This document shows positions 26,101-39,748 of a stretch of DNA of 64,000 bases, piece after piece. The stretch is taken from positions 1-64,000 of the forward strand of contig JAAILG010000318.1 of assembly GCA_012026655.1 (NCBI GenBank). Direction: 5' to 3'. Both the position numbers and the translations under genes were made by a program. Origin of the DNA: Hydrolagus affinis (taxonomy: Eukaryota). A model generated the notes under the pieces. The model did no database searches. It was not told where the DNA came from and saw only the letters and a list, made by a program, of their open reading frames with translations. Within the stretch, counting starts at the first letter, position 1. Every line of letters begins with the position of its first letter.

Positions 26101-26265
26101 CTGAAATCCCCTTTATTGTTGCTGATTCGTTCTGCGGAACAGTATGGTGCAGATGTCTCTAAGACCACAATTTCCAGCATCTTGGAGCTGTTCCCTCGGG
26201 AGGTGGTAATCAAGCATTCCCACTTTCCTGTTGCAGCAACGTCAATGTTGGACAGGATCAGCTCA
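26101..26265 (-). CDS. ADGRA1: ADGRA exon, Ig domain second part and start of HormR ([56 protein letters not shown])
   Basis: 165-nt phase 2-2 exon, acceptor ...cattcag, donor gtacgt. GxWxC and IVVLExSAxYCxxERxxNNKGDFR motifs; overlaps ORF 25986..26354. Confidence 0.96.
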
Positions 26266-27124
26266 CTGAATGATTTTTTTTTTAAATGTGAAAAAAAAGC
26301 TGTTTTGTTACATCTATCTTTTGGCAATTTCAGATCGGTGCTGCTGAGAATCAAACAGACAACGAGTACAGACTGGGTTATTTTTCAACATGCTTTAACC
26401 GATGGCTCTCACTTTTCTTGCAGCTTTAAACATGCTCTGCATCTCCCTGGTCGATGAGACAGAAACAAAATGCACAGAAGCATGGAGATTACCTTTTTAA
26501 TTTATGACCCTCTGTTGGTAAATTACACGATTTAATCTCACCATATTTTTCATTTTGGCGGAGAAATGTCACTGTGGTTTGTAGGGGTTAAAGGGCCGTA
26601 ATTGTTTAGTCAGTGGGGGCTAATTTAAACAGGAACTCTATATGAAAGCTTTGGTTTAAACATTCCTATCAATTAAACAGCAGATTGAGCTGGCAATATT
26701 TCTGACTGCTGTTTCACCTTGGCTGATATATCACACCACAAACCAGATTTATGGTAACAATATCCTTTGGAAATCTGTTGATGCTCATCATTTTTAAAAG
26801 ATCTTTTTATTCTGATCCCAGATAAAGAATTTTGCAGGATAAAATATAATTGAATAGAGTTTCATTACATCTTATAGAATTTATTAGTGTCCTAGTTCTC
26901 CTCCGCCAATTTTCTTCCCTTTCCAGGTCACACACTAGCACACATCCATTTTTAACTGAACAATCTTCGTGCTGATCTTTATCACTGCCTCCATCAATGT
27001 CTTCACACGCTCAAGCGTACAGAGGTGATTCAGCCAGGGCAGGTCGATAAAACGGGTTTGACCTCCCTCTGAGATAGAACTACTGATAACCACTAAGAGA
27101 TGCCAACAAGCAACCTTTGCAGTA

Positions 27125-27455
27125 AACTGATAAAGTGCTTGTCAGCCTTCCCAATTCTTCCCTACATAGGCTGCAGATAATCCAGAACCCGTAGCCCGTG
27201 TCCTCTACTGCTCCAAGCTTCACGACCCCATCTCCTCTATCTTCGCCCGACTCCATTGGCTCCCAAACACCCAGAGGATTCAATTCAAGATCCAATCAGT
27301 CACCCCAAATCTCCCCCTTTCCCTCCACTTTCCCTGTCCCCAGCTTGGGTCTGAAACAATCACTGTCCAGCACCTTGGGACATCCTCAAGGACATCCTTG
27401 GGACATCCTCCTGACGTGAAAGGTGCAATACAAGTGTAATTTTGTTGTGTTCTTG
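27125..27455 (+). mobile_element. Degraded L2 LINE 3' fragment
   Basis: LPNSSLHRLQIIQN and RLHWLP remnants, tail GACGTGAAAGGTGCAATACAAGTGTAATTTTGTTG; local duplication of CCTTGGGACATCCT. Confidence 0.75.
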
Positions 27456-28559
27456 ATGTTACATATTGTAAATTTCTCAAACAAAGAAAATGCTGGAACA
27501 TTGCTGAAAACGGAGTAGCACCAATCCATATGAAGGCCCCCTTACAATTAGATGAATTTGTAATGCATTTATGGTACAAATGTAAGAAAAGAAGAACTGC
27601 ACCACGATGCTGCATTCTCACAATGTAGCAGTTTGATGCAGGCCGATGCCTGACTCAGGTGAGAAAACAAAACTATTAGTTGATGAGTTCAAAGTGAGGA
27701 CTGGAGACAGGAAGAAATGTTAATTCCCTGTGATGTCTACCAGCACTTTAGTGGCCTGATAAGACCCGTCACAATAGATTGCATTCGCCCTCTTCTTTTC
27801 ATTCTATAATGAATCATTTTTGAACCTTAAAGCATCCCGTTCTGGAGTGTTGCCTTTTACTTCATTTCTCTAAATGTTTTTTTTTATATAAAGGTGTCTG
27901 TATCTGCAAGTGAGAAGAGAATATATTGGAAGGATACCCAGAAGGGTTTTGATCAACAGAATCTCTATTGATTCATTAAATGGAGACACAAAACAAACAA
28001 AAGTCAAAGAAGAAGCAACAGTTTCAAAAACTGTCAGGTCAATTCCGTGAGGCATGTACTCCAAAATAACCACCTCAATTGCGGTAAATCAGTCCAAAAT
28101 GACAAAGTGGCTCTGTGACATCTTCTTTATGAAAACAGATTTTCTCATGATCAGCAACCCTGTCAGACACATCTGTGTCTGACCATGTTAACACAAAGGG
28201 TAGATACCAGCAGGAGCTGAATACTAAATTCAGTCTATGGTGCAGCTGTTTAAATAAAAAGATTTCAAAATAGAATGGGACACATTTCTGGAAATTAAAA
28301 TGAATCAGTTTATTAGATGATGAGACGGATGTGTTGCAGGAATACTTTAACATGTGGGTTGGAGTGGCTAGTTGGACCAATATGTCTGTTAGAAACTTAC
28401 TATGTTTCTAAGTAACTACTTTTTAAAACCTTTGCAATAGATTTATAACTGCACGACATATGCACCAATGGTTTGATTCAAAAGTGATATCTGTTCATTT
28501 CGTTTTTTTAAAAATCCCTATTTCGGAATGTTTCCAAGATGCACTATTTTTCTTTTAAA

Positions 28560-28772
28560 TATAATAATAATACTTACATTTATATAGTGCTTTCCACATC
28601 TTATTGACGTTTCAAAGTGCTTCACAGAATACAACAACAACGTCCCAAGGTTGGGAACAGAGCAGGGTGGGAGGGGTCGTGGTTGGAGGAAGGAAAGTAG
28701 GAAAATTAACTTTTGTGGGCGAAACGCGACAGTCAAATTGAGCACAACAGTGTCCCACAAACAGTCGTGGAA
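28560..28772 (-). mobile_element. tRNA-SINE 3' part interrupted by a purine-rich, L2-tail-like segment (about 28632-28705)
   Basis: SINE tail and TTTGTGGGCGAAACGCG...GTGTCCCACAAACAGTC core flank an AACAACAACGTCCCAAGG... insert. Confidence 0.65.
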
Positions 28773-31700
28773 GTGGGGCCAGGGGCACAAGGAGAATAAG
28801 AGGATAAGGGGGAGAGGGAGGCGAAGTATCCACCACGTTGATGTGCATGATTGAGAGATCTTTGACTATAAGGCCTTTAACGATGCTATGAACAGGTCTG
28901 GTGGAGGGTTTTTGAGACGACTGGAGTTCAAAATGGTGGTAAATTATTAATGACTGACTGAGAAAAAGTCTTAAATCTTGAGTCATTCTATTTAAGCAAC
29001 TGAAGACACCCACTCTTGTCTGACCAAGTAGGCACTAAACACTGTACTCAGCTGGCACACTAGACTAAACACAAATTTCCTGAAACATGCATCCAAGTAA
29101 TCACCTTAAAGCTCAAAATCCGCCGCAGCATAAACAACCACACTGAGTGTTTCGTTGAAACTCTGATTATAACTATTATTTTTCCTTCCCAAAACAATTG
29201 GCACAGTGTGCACAATTCCTTTTTTTAACCTTTGAATGCCCTCATGCTGTTTGCATGTAGAGCCGCATGTCCAAACCTATTTTCAGTTCCTCGTTTCCTG
29301 TCCATGGGAAACGATTTCCCTGTTTCCAGTCTGGCATCAAGTTTGAGTTGCAGTATCTGCAAGCGGACTTGATACTGTATCAACTGAGGTCAAGTCCAAA
29401 AAAAAACCTACAGAATGTTTCTGTTAAGTTTATAAAATGATTTGCGTTTTATCATCCAACTTTTAACACTCAGAATCACAGACTTACACAGTGATTGCTG
29501 TATTCGGCAACTTATAAAATATATCGTGGGACAAGCATGTGCTACTTTCTGAAACACAAATACAGAACAAGTAATTATAAAGCAATTTATACTGATGAAC
29601 ATTTCCATGAAGCGCCAGCTGCTATCCAGCCCAAGTGGTCTTCTTTTTAATGTATGGAGTGTCAGTTGTCTATTCAACCATGGGAGGCATCATTGCTCAG
29701 CCTGCTCTCATTTCCACACAAAACACACTTCTTCCTTCCTGAATAGCAACAACGAGAAGTAACTAGGTCACCTGTTGCATCGCAATTGTCTAAGATCAGT
29801 AACTCAGCTGAGAATCAAACCTGTGATCGTCTAATTTGCATGGAGCATTGCTACATTAGGTGAACATGTACACATTTGTAATAAGTCAACAGTCCTGGAT
29901 AAACACAAAGCAAACTTAGGGTAAAACAAACCAAACTTGTCCCGCAGTATTTTGTTTCATTTTCCCCCTTCCTGATAACACTTTATTTACTTATGCTCAA
30001 AACCAAGATTCTGTTCCTTCAGGCAGCCTCTGGCACACTCATTGCCTGATGATGAATTATTAAATGTTTACTGAATGGAATAATGTCAAACAGTTTTCCA
30101 CACAGATTTTTGATGTTCATTATGTGGCAAAACAGAAAGGAACAACTAACTATTTTTGAGGCAAGATACGTCTTATATTTTAAGCACAAACATACAACTC
30201 TCAGTTAATAAATCTTAAATTATAGGTAAAAATGATAAAATCTAAAGCATTATGTCCTTTTTATACTGTGTAATCCACCATTTAGCATTATAAGTTCAAG
30301 TATACACACTTTTTTTAATTTTAAACTGCTCCTGTTTTCACATGACAACTGCCAACATCCAACTTCCGCCTAATTTATATATTTAAAACAAATTCTAGGT
30401 TACAGATTTATAGCACATTCTAAAGATTACCGGTATATGGATTTTATTTCCAGTGTTGCAACAAACTTAGATAAACTTCTCCACTGTTCTGTGCCTCAGT
30501 CCACAAAATATAGAACGCTATCTGCTTCAGCTTTGCATACCAATACCAAAGGGATAACTTCAGATATATTTTCCTGTTGAACACTCGCTCCATGGTGCAC
30601 AATGCAAAGAATAATAGCATTTTAACAGAGTAAGAAGAGGAACTTGATTATGTAATGAGCATTTTGTTGTTGCTGGTGTGAAATGTATGATGTGGCTACA
30701 ATTAACCCTTACACTCTGAGCAAATGCAAGAAAATGTAACACTTTCTGGGTTTTCCTTTTTACTTAATTGTTTAAGCTTACCTATCAATATTCATAATCT
30801 TTGCATTGCACTGATAAAATGATTTAGTATTTAAAGGTGAATAACAAATTTATTTCCGTATAAATAATCCTTCCTGCTTAAAATTAAACATATCTATTGG
30901 GGCTAACACCACTTGCCTTTTTTCTGACTTTGTTTTCCTACCGAATTCCTACAATTCAATCCTTCCCCGTAGAAAGAAAACCACTTATTTATCAATTTCT
31001 TCTTATTCACGGCTTGTTTTTGGTGGAACAATTGGTGTGTGAATGATTCCAATTGGTATTTTACGTACACATTATTGTGGCACAGAAATGACCTGGTCGG
31101 TTTTGCTGTGCACAGTTGGTAAGATCAGGAACAGGTGCCATCAGTTATACTATCTCTCATTGCTCATTCGGGAACCTGATTATACCCAGATGCAGTAGCT
31201 CACCTCAGGTTAATGTTAGCAGTATGGCAAAGCACAAGCCGTTAGGACCCATCACTGTGTAATCTCTATATCAGTCCACCTCAACTGAAGCAAGCACATG
31301 AGTCATTCTTATGCAAAAAAATAATATAACTGACTGAAATTCCCCCCTGAAAAATATTTCTCAGTTTGAGCTTTTCTCAACCATTTGCATAAAAATAATG
31401 TATTTCTGTTGAGATTTGTTTGAGATACGGTTTCTTCAGAGAAATAATAAGTTTAAGAAGCTGACTGAGAAGCGCATTTTACCAACATTGAGGTATGAAT
31501 GAAGTAACTGCAAATTATCCTTGCAATTATTTAAACTCTTTGGCACTTCCAGTGTACCAATGTAGCTCTTCAAAATGTATTGTGTTGCAGATTTGAAACT
31601 TAAATCTTATGTGTGTTGGCATCTGTAATGAAATGTAATACAAAATAGTATTTCCAATACACACAAGACCCTCAATACTCTACAAATTAAACTGGTTTTC

Positions 31701-33183
31701 TAAACGACATATTGCAGTCCCATCTGTTTTTGGACAGTTTCATTTTTGTAAGTGAGATTGAAGTACATGTTTATAAATTCAATTGACATGCAGTCTACTT
31801 TGCCAGCTTCTGGCTCAATGATTGCCAGGAACTAAAGTTGTAGACTGGAGGTTGATGTGAATCATAAACAAACCACATATTTTGCAATCTTGGTGAAAAC
31901 AAATAATCCCTCCCAACTGGTTCTCACTTGAAGCATGACCTTCAATAACTTAGCGTTTGAATTAGATTTAGAGTAAGCAAAGGAGGAAATATTGTGTACT
32001 AAATTCTTAGGTATTTTGCAATGTTTTACTCCTTTTAAAGTATGTTGTTCATTTCAGTGTTATATGTTTAATCTTGTTCCTGTCGAATAACAACTAGGAA
32101 TGCTATCATCATTACACAAAAAAATTGTGAAATGCTATTTATATTTTAAAAGCCACTTATTCTGATTTAGCAATGTTAGACTCTTACTCTTACCTGAGAA
32201 AATCATTCTTTCATAGATAATTCAGTTATCTATCAATAACGGTACACACTGTTTACGTATCTTTCATTGACTTTTTCACTCTTTCCCTGGAGTTTCTGAT
32301 CAAAGATGACGTCAGCATCACTGAGGGATTATCTCTTTCTATGAGGGCTCACAGAAGCTCGGAACAAATTAACTAATTTCCTGAGGGTTTTGTTTGGAAT
32401 AGGGTTGACATTTGGTAAACTGCAATAGTGTGAACACTAAGCCATTTATTTGTTTTGAGAAAATAGCAAAAGAAAACTGAGTGAAGAAGATAGTTTGGGA
32501 CAGAATCAATTTATTTGCACTGCATTTCAATGCGTCACCATTATTGTACTTTTATTGTGATTAACCATTACTTTTCACAGTTAGAGACATGATAATGTAT
32601 TGAATATGGTTAGGTTGAACATTCAGTGCTTCAGATTAATCATTGAAATTCATGACAGGGTTTGAGAGAATTCTTTGTTTATTTGGTATCAATGTGGGAA
32701 CTTGTGTTTTGAGTGTGCAGTTTCTGGGTGCCTAAATAAAGAGAGTCAATTAATATGCAATTTTGACTTTGGTACAATACGGCATGTGGAGCATGCGATT
32801 ATCCTCTGTATGATAAAATTCTTCCAAGTGTCTGTGCTAAACTTGTCTTTTAGAAACCAGAAACTGTTTGTTGTTCTGCAGCTTTTTTTCGCATCCCGTT
32901 GTGATGTCTCCTTTTGATGCTGAAAAGCCTTAGGTATTGTGCTTAGATCATCTCTCTAATCTTGTTGCTCTTCTCTGCATTGCCCCGAGGGCCTACCCAC
33001 CAAACCTTCTATCTTTTAATATAGACAATATCAGCATCTTTGAATCCTACAAATCAAAATTATTAACATAAATAATGTAGTTAAATAATTCAAATAAATA
33101 GCAAGTGGTAAATCAGTGCTGCAGATGGTACTGTTTGTTTGGGTTTGGCTCAACTGTGGAATAAATAATCCAATGCTCGTTCT

Positions 33184-33395
33184 TAATAATAATATTCCTT
33201 GAATTTGATATAGCGCTTTTCACATCTTCTAGACATCTCAAAGCGCTTCACAGAATATACTGTAAAGTGAATTGACTGTATATTTGTGGGCGAAACGCGG
33301 CAGCCAATTGCACACAACAGTGTCCCACAAAGTCATGGATTGAAATGACCAATTTTATTATTGTGGGATTTTTGGGGGTAGGGATTATAATTAAT
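33184..33395 (-). mobile_element. 5'-truncated tRNA-SINE
   Basis: High identity to the family body (CAAAGCGCTTCACAGAATATACTGTAAAGTGAATTGACTGTATATTTGTGGGC). Confidence 0.88.
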
Positions 33396-33622
33396 TATTA
33401 TTACTTTATTATTAATAATATTATTATAGTTAGAGGGAGTAATGGAGATCCCCTCGTAAAGATTTTTCAGTGAGAGATACTGATTTTGGTGAGTAAGGTT
33501 CAAAGTATATACTGTATAAACAAAATAATAACACAGTCAACTATATCAATGGAACACTCAGTGCAAAAAATTACTGCAGCTTATAGGAGCACTGATCTTC
33601 AGAAACCATTACATAAGTACAT

Positions 33623-33930
33623 GGAGTCCCATGCATCTGTGGATGGAGCACTCACCTTTAAAAAGCGAGAGACCAGGGTTTGATTCCAGGAAACGTGAAA
33701 CCCTGGACAAGTTTCCTTACTCCATATGCCTAATAATAATCCCTCAAAAAAAACCTAATGGTCATTTCAATCCATAACTAATCCACACACTGCTGTGCAT
33801 AATTGGCTGCCGCATTTTGCCCACATATATACAGTCAATGCACTTTACAGTATATTCCGTGAAGCATTTTGAGACGTCTAGGAGATATGAAAAGTGCTAT
33901 ATCAAATGCAAGGATTATTTATCATTATTA
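33623..33930 (+). mobile_element. Full-length tRNA-SINE
   Basis: Head GGAGTCCC...GGGTTTGATTCC...CAAGTTTCCTTACTCCA; tail GAAAAGTGCTATATCAAATGCAAGGATTATT. Confidence 0.88.
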
Positions 33931-34173
33931 TAAACTCCAATATTTCATTACAAGATCATTTCTTATGGGTTTCCCTTTAACGGATCGCATCATCAGTTTT
34001 GGAGGCTTCCTCGTGGAGTACAGTTGAGTGCTAATTGTTGAGTAAATGCTTTTGAAACCTCCATATCTCCTTTAAGTAAACCATTTATATGTAATAATAA
34101 ACTAGTTAATGTTTCATTCAAAGAGCATTCATAATGTATACATATACACATATATATATATTCACACATACAC

Positions 34174-34370
34174 AATAATCCTTGCATTTGATATAGTGCC
34201 TTGTTGAGGTTCTTGAGATGTCTCAACAACTTCTCACAAGTTGTTGAGACATCTCAAAGCGCTTCCAGAATACACTGTAAAGTGAATTGAGTGTATAGTT
34301 TGTGGGTGAAACACGGGAGCCAATTGCACACAATAATTTCTCACAAGCAATTGTGATTGAGTCACCATAT
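34174..34370 (-). mobile_element. 5'-truncated tRNA-SINE with an internal fold-back duplication
   Basis: Family tail and body; contains a perfect 20-bp inverted repeat at 34213-34257. Confidence 0.82.
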
Positions 34371-35284
34371 TATTCTTATTTTATTTATTATTACCTCTGG
34401 AAAAGCAACTCACCAATCGACTAACAACAGGGTTCCAACTTATTGCTAAGTAAACAGAGGCATATGGAGTAAGGATTTAGTTAACCATTTATTGCTAAAG
34501 CAACATTTTGACCTCATTGTTGGCTTAAATTTATTGCATCAGGGATAACACTGCCCTGCTTAGAGGAAAATCGTGACTTTCATCTCGTGTTCAGTGATCA
34601 GGTTCACTTACTGCCTGATTTAAATGAAAATAACCGCAATTCTTATGTCTACATTTAGAACTTTATTTCATATAAAACATTTTATCTAAAACAACACATG
34701 CACCTATTAAAGACAGTACAATCTGACAGGAAATCCCATTATAGGCACAGAAAGTAAAGGTCACTAGTGTCATTGAATAGCGAACGTTTCACTCTAGTAT
34801 TAACACAAACCAAAGTAATTCTTAATGTTTTGAGCTAATAAGATTTGAAAGGAGATGGTCTGCTAAGCGTTTAAATCCTCTTTACGATCTTCTCGAAAAA
34901 ATGTTAACCATCATTGAGCTAGCAAATTGCTTCTCTAATAGTAAACTAATTTACATTGGAAATTTGTTTCTGGAAGCACAACGTGATTTTCTAAATATTC
35001 TGCTCATGGAGTCACTTGTGAATGGCAAAGCCATATCCGTGTCCCCAGTCAGGTTGTCAACAGGCAGGTAGTTAATAAGGAGCGGAGAGACTGCCACTGT
35101 TTAATACCTTTTAACTACAGTATTCCGTCTCCAATATGAAACTTGATTAGGTAATGTTGAATATCAATAATTGCATTATCTATTGATTCTGTAACTAGAT
35201 CAGATCAGTTTATCATTTTTCATTCATTTAAAGATATCTCAATGGGATATAAATCATTACTCTATTTCAATAATGCACTGATAG

Positions 35285-35352
35285 TTGTCCTGTGCCTTGG
35301 GAAATCCTCCCGACATAAAAGGCGATCTATAAATATAATTTTGTTGTTGTTG
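35285..35352 (+). mobile_element. Isolated L2 3' tail
   Basis: GCCTTGGGAAATCCTCCCGACATAAAAGGCGATCTATAAATATAATTTTGTTGTTGTTG. Confidence 0.7.
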
Positions 35353-35556
35353 TACAGTGCACTCCCTCAGGTACATGTCTGTCACCAGGATATAGATCTT
35401 TACAGAAATTATGTGTGACAGTGATTGGAGTACAGATTTCTGTTAAGCATAGGCTCGGTTAAGTGCTCTGAGACACTGCACGACGTGGAAGGTGCTATAT
35501 AAATGCAAATTGTTGTTGTGATGGTGCTATGGAGATAAACTCATGGAACTGTATCG

Positions 35557-35666
35557 TCCACAAATATACAGTCAATTCACTTTACAGTATATTCTGTGAA
35601 GCGCTTTGAGATGTCGATAAGCTGTGAAAAGCACTATATCAAATGCAAGACTTATTATTATTATTA
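35557..35666 (+). mobile_element. tRNA-SINE 3' fragment
   Basis: CCACAAATATACAGTCAATTCACTTTACAGTATATTCTGTGAAGCGC...CAAATGCAAGAC(TTA)n. Confidence 0.85.
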
Positions 35667-36639
35667 ATCCCTCTATGTTCCAATGACCCAAATACCACAG
35701 TCAAAGTCACCAGGTTTATAAAATGTAGCTTGTGTTAAAAAGAAAACTTTGGGCTGGTGGACTTTTAGATTTATTCAGCAAGCAGGAATCCCAATTGGTG
35801 TACTGATAGATTGGAAATGTATAGTTTATATATTCCTACATTGTGAAGGTTTTATCAAAGCCTGGAGCAAGACCCTTCAGCCAATCCAAACCATTCCACA
35901 GTTCATCTATTCAGAGATGAACTTGCCCTTTCCAGCTATTTCAATCTCATACTAGAAAACTTGCTCCACTCTCGATATAAAAGGTAATTAAGTGAAGTTT
36001 AGAATATTTTATGCATCCTCCATGCCTTCACCTTTAAACCCGGCTGGCTGCCTTTCACTAAGTCATATAAGCTGTTATGTAAATTCAGTATGCAGCTATA
36101 ATAATAAACCTTAATAAACCTGCCATTTAATATAGTACGTGTACTGCCTAAATATCTGAAAGAGCTTTACATGTAATACTATCAATAAATTACTTGTGAA
36201 GCACTTTCAGATGCTCTGTAGTGACTGTGCATTCATAAACAAACATGGCAACTATTTTGTGCATAACAAATTCTCTGGGATGCTACCCCACGTGAAGGAC
36301 GCTATATGAATCTAAGTTGTTGCTGTAAGAAGGTCACACAAATTTCCATGAAGTGATTGATCAATTTTATCTGGAGGTCTGTTGGCAATTTTTTGAATGC
36401 CATGAAATCTTTACCATCTCCATGAACACAAGCTAATTTTAATGTTGATCTGTATCAAATTATATGTCTACAATTTTCAATTATTTTCTTCAATGGATAT
36501 TTATTCAAATCAAATTAACCGAGCATATAGAATGATTTAGGTATCATTCTAGATATCTACTACCCTGATTGGAAAATACTTTCCTTATTATTTTTAATCT
36601 TGTTGGAGACTATAAGATTTTGAACTTTTGTTCTCTACG

Positions 36640-37474
36640 ACTTTGAATGTGAGGACCAGGATCTTCTGGATTGGATCCTCTGGGTGATGGGGAGCCGATG
36701 TAATCGGTTGAAGATGGGGGAGATGGAGTCACAAAGCTGAGCAGTAGGGGATATGGGCCACAGAATTCTGATTATCTGCAGCCTATGGAGAGAAGAATTG
36801 GGAAGCCCAACAAGCAGGGCATTGGCGTAGTCGAGCTGGGTTGTGATGAAAGCGTGAATGAGGGTTTCAGCGGCTGTGGGGGTGAGGTAATGGCGGAGTC
36901 GAGCAATATTGTGGAGGTGAGGAAAGTCAGATTGGGTCATTGCATGGATGTGGAGAGGAAAGACAGTTGATACCTAGGTTCCCTACTTGCTTGGTGAGGT
37001 TAAGTGTGCAACCCTAGAAGTGGATTCTGCCAGTGCCTCTTGCGTGAAGCCTCTGGCGTGAGCCAATCAGGAGGGCCTTGGTCTTGTTGGCATTCAACTG
37101 TAGAAAGTTAACTCAGAATCTATCAGGACATTAGTAGTCTTGGAGTCGAGGGTTGAGGCAGAAAGATAGAGTTGGATGTCATCCTCATACATGTGGAAGT
37201 TGACCCCATGCCTGTGGATGATGTCACCAAGGAAAAGTACTATGTAGATATTAAAAATTAGGGGGCCAAAGACAGAGCCCCGGGGGCACCATAGGTGACT
37301 GTGTGGGGCTGGAAGAGAAGCAGTTGGTGGCAACAAAGTGGAGACGGTGAGAAATGCAGGAGTCAAAACAGGTGAAGGCAGGTCCATGAAGATTGAGCTG
37401 GGAAGAGAGGCGGTGTAAGGGGTGAAGTGGTCAAAAGTGTCGAAGGCAGCAGAGAGATCGAGGAGGACAAGGAG
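36640..37474 (-). mobile_element. Degraded L2 LINE ORF2 (RT domain) fragment
   Basis: [80 protein letters not shown] across frameshifts. Confidence 0.92.
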
Positions 37475-39534
37475 TCAGAGAAAGCCCTGAATAAACAATG
37501 AATAAACTAAAATCTTAACCAGTGTTACCATCCTACTATGCAGTATATTTATTCATTTAATATATTTGTTCTGAAATATGTCTGGCTAAAAGCTTCAAAG
37601 TTGACCTTTTCTGTACAGTGAATTGCCAGAGTCTACACCCAATGAACATATAGTTGCTTTACCTTGCATTATTTATATACATATATATGGACATTGCCTG
37701 CATTTACCGATTTGTTTTGACAGAATTATTATTGTATGTATATGAGTGAATAGAAAGAATCTCCTTATTAGGAATATCTCCAAACAGTTTCTGTTGTATT
37801 TTTTTTCCAGAATATCATACATACTGCTTGTAAATTCCTCTACAGGCACCCATAAGGCACTAATTACTGTTATATTTCCACAGGTCAAACACAGCTGAAT
37901 TTGTTTTGAATATTGTTATATAATCATATAATACTCTTCAGAAATTTCGAGTACAATATTGCTCAATTTCCCCCTTCATTACTATCCTCCAGTGAGACCA
38001 TTGGATCTTTAGTTTTCAGTTTCTGAGAACAAGGCAAATACCGGTAGGTCTCCACAAATCTCAAGAGAAATATCTCTCTTTCCTCAGCTGTCAGAAAATT
38101 AGATGGATATGATCTTTGTACTGCGCACTCGATTTCTAAATACAGTAATATAAGTGATCTCATTTTCTAGCAAATGCTATCACTCATTATGTATGGCTGG
38201 AGGGGCAGGATATTGACTACCTGCAGGATTTGAGCTACGTCCATTATCGGTTGTAGCCTAAGAGGTAATAGCTCTTATGTCAAGCTTTTTACAGAAATAT
38301 GAATTGTTTTATTCATTTTATTTTAGGCAGATTTATTTATATTTATATATTTGGTCCTTGGTCTTAAATTTAATATGCTTTAGTTTGACAAAGCAATGGA
38401 TGGTCAAACACATAACCACATTTATAGTCAATATCAGATACTCTGTCATTCACTGGTGTATAAATGACCCAGTGCATAATGACAAACCTGTCCTCTGGAT
38501 GAAGGCTAAGCATAAATATTAGACTTTTTGACCTTGTGTCTCTGGGTGAAAATGTAGGTCAATGCTGTATTTTTCCAGTTCCCAGGGGAACCTTAATTAC
38601 TATTTTAATAAAGGCTCACAAATAAATAAGCTTCACTGCATCACCATAGTTACCGTATTATACCCTCTAACTACACAAAGCTACATCTATGACACTTCTT
38701 ACAGCAGTTGCACATTACTGTATGAGTAGGATTGTACCATGAATTAACCCACTTCATTTAATCTTAAAATTAAAAAAAAAATTCTTTAAAAACCACTGGT
38801 AAAACATGCCTGAGTGAAACAAAATGGCAAGGGAGTGAATTCTCTTGTAGAGCCATAGAAGCTGAAACCTGAACCATTAATAATCCAAACTTTAGCAACC
38901 AACTAATATGCATACTTTTAATGGCTTATGTAGCAAGCAGTAGACACAGCATGTTAGAAATATACACTTGTGTATTGGAGCATTGGAGCCCCAGTGTTCC
39001 TCTTGTTGGCCTGTTTTTGCCTTAAATCTATTCTGTATGGTCCATATACCTGTACATAGTTTTACATATGGCTTTATGTTAACTATTTATCAATCTTAAT
39101 TTATTTAATGTACAGTACAATGAAAAAGTCAAACACAAAATATCGAGGCTGGTTTCCTAAACCAACAAGAAGCAAATGTCAGTGTGGTATGAACTATTTT
39201 CCTGCAATACCCTCAGTTAAATGACGCTAAATGGCTGCAATTATACGTAATAATGTTTCACTCCAGAAGGTGGTGCTCATAGATGAGGACCAAGGGTTAG
39301 GGTGAAATGTCGCTTTAATTTCCACCATTAATTTGTTTTGTATTTTTAAGTATTCAGGATAATGCAATCTATAAACAAATTCATATGATAAAATAATGCA
39401 GAATAATCCACAGTTTGGCTACCAGATAGAGTTGATCTTCTGAACTAAGCTTTAAGAGGCAGCATTAATCAATAAGGCTAGCATTAATTTAAGAGCACAG
39501 GGGTCCGTAATAATTATTGATGATGTTCTCATAC

Positions 39535-39748
39535 CTGGATATCAAACAGCAGTCGTGAATCATACTTGGCTCCACAAATATTTCATTATCTTCATCTGTT
39601 TTCACCAGTTTCCCATTATGATGCCAGTGAGCTTGGGTTGTTTCGTCCACATAAGTTGCAGTGCAGAGAAATGGCAAACGATCACCGTGAAATACCACTT
39701 GGCGACGGGATGGAATAATCTGGAACAAATGCAATTCCAGAGGGCCAT
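39535..39748 (-). CDS. ADGRA1: ADGRA exon, Ig domain first part (DGPLELHLFQIIPSRRQVVFHGDRLPFLCTAT...SMIHDCCLIS)
   Basis: 214-nt exon, acceptor ...catcag, donor gtatga. PSxRQVVFxGDxLPFxC is an ADGRA signature; overlaps ORF 39489..39773. Confidence 0.96.

Noticed and set aside
26026-26457. Plus-strand ORFs overlapping exons (also 15732-15926, 18018-18275, 21835-22065, 39555-39752)
   Set aside because: Antisense shadows of the real minus-strand exons; no recognisable protein features.
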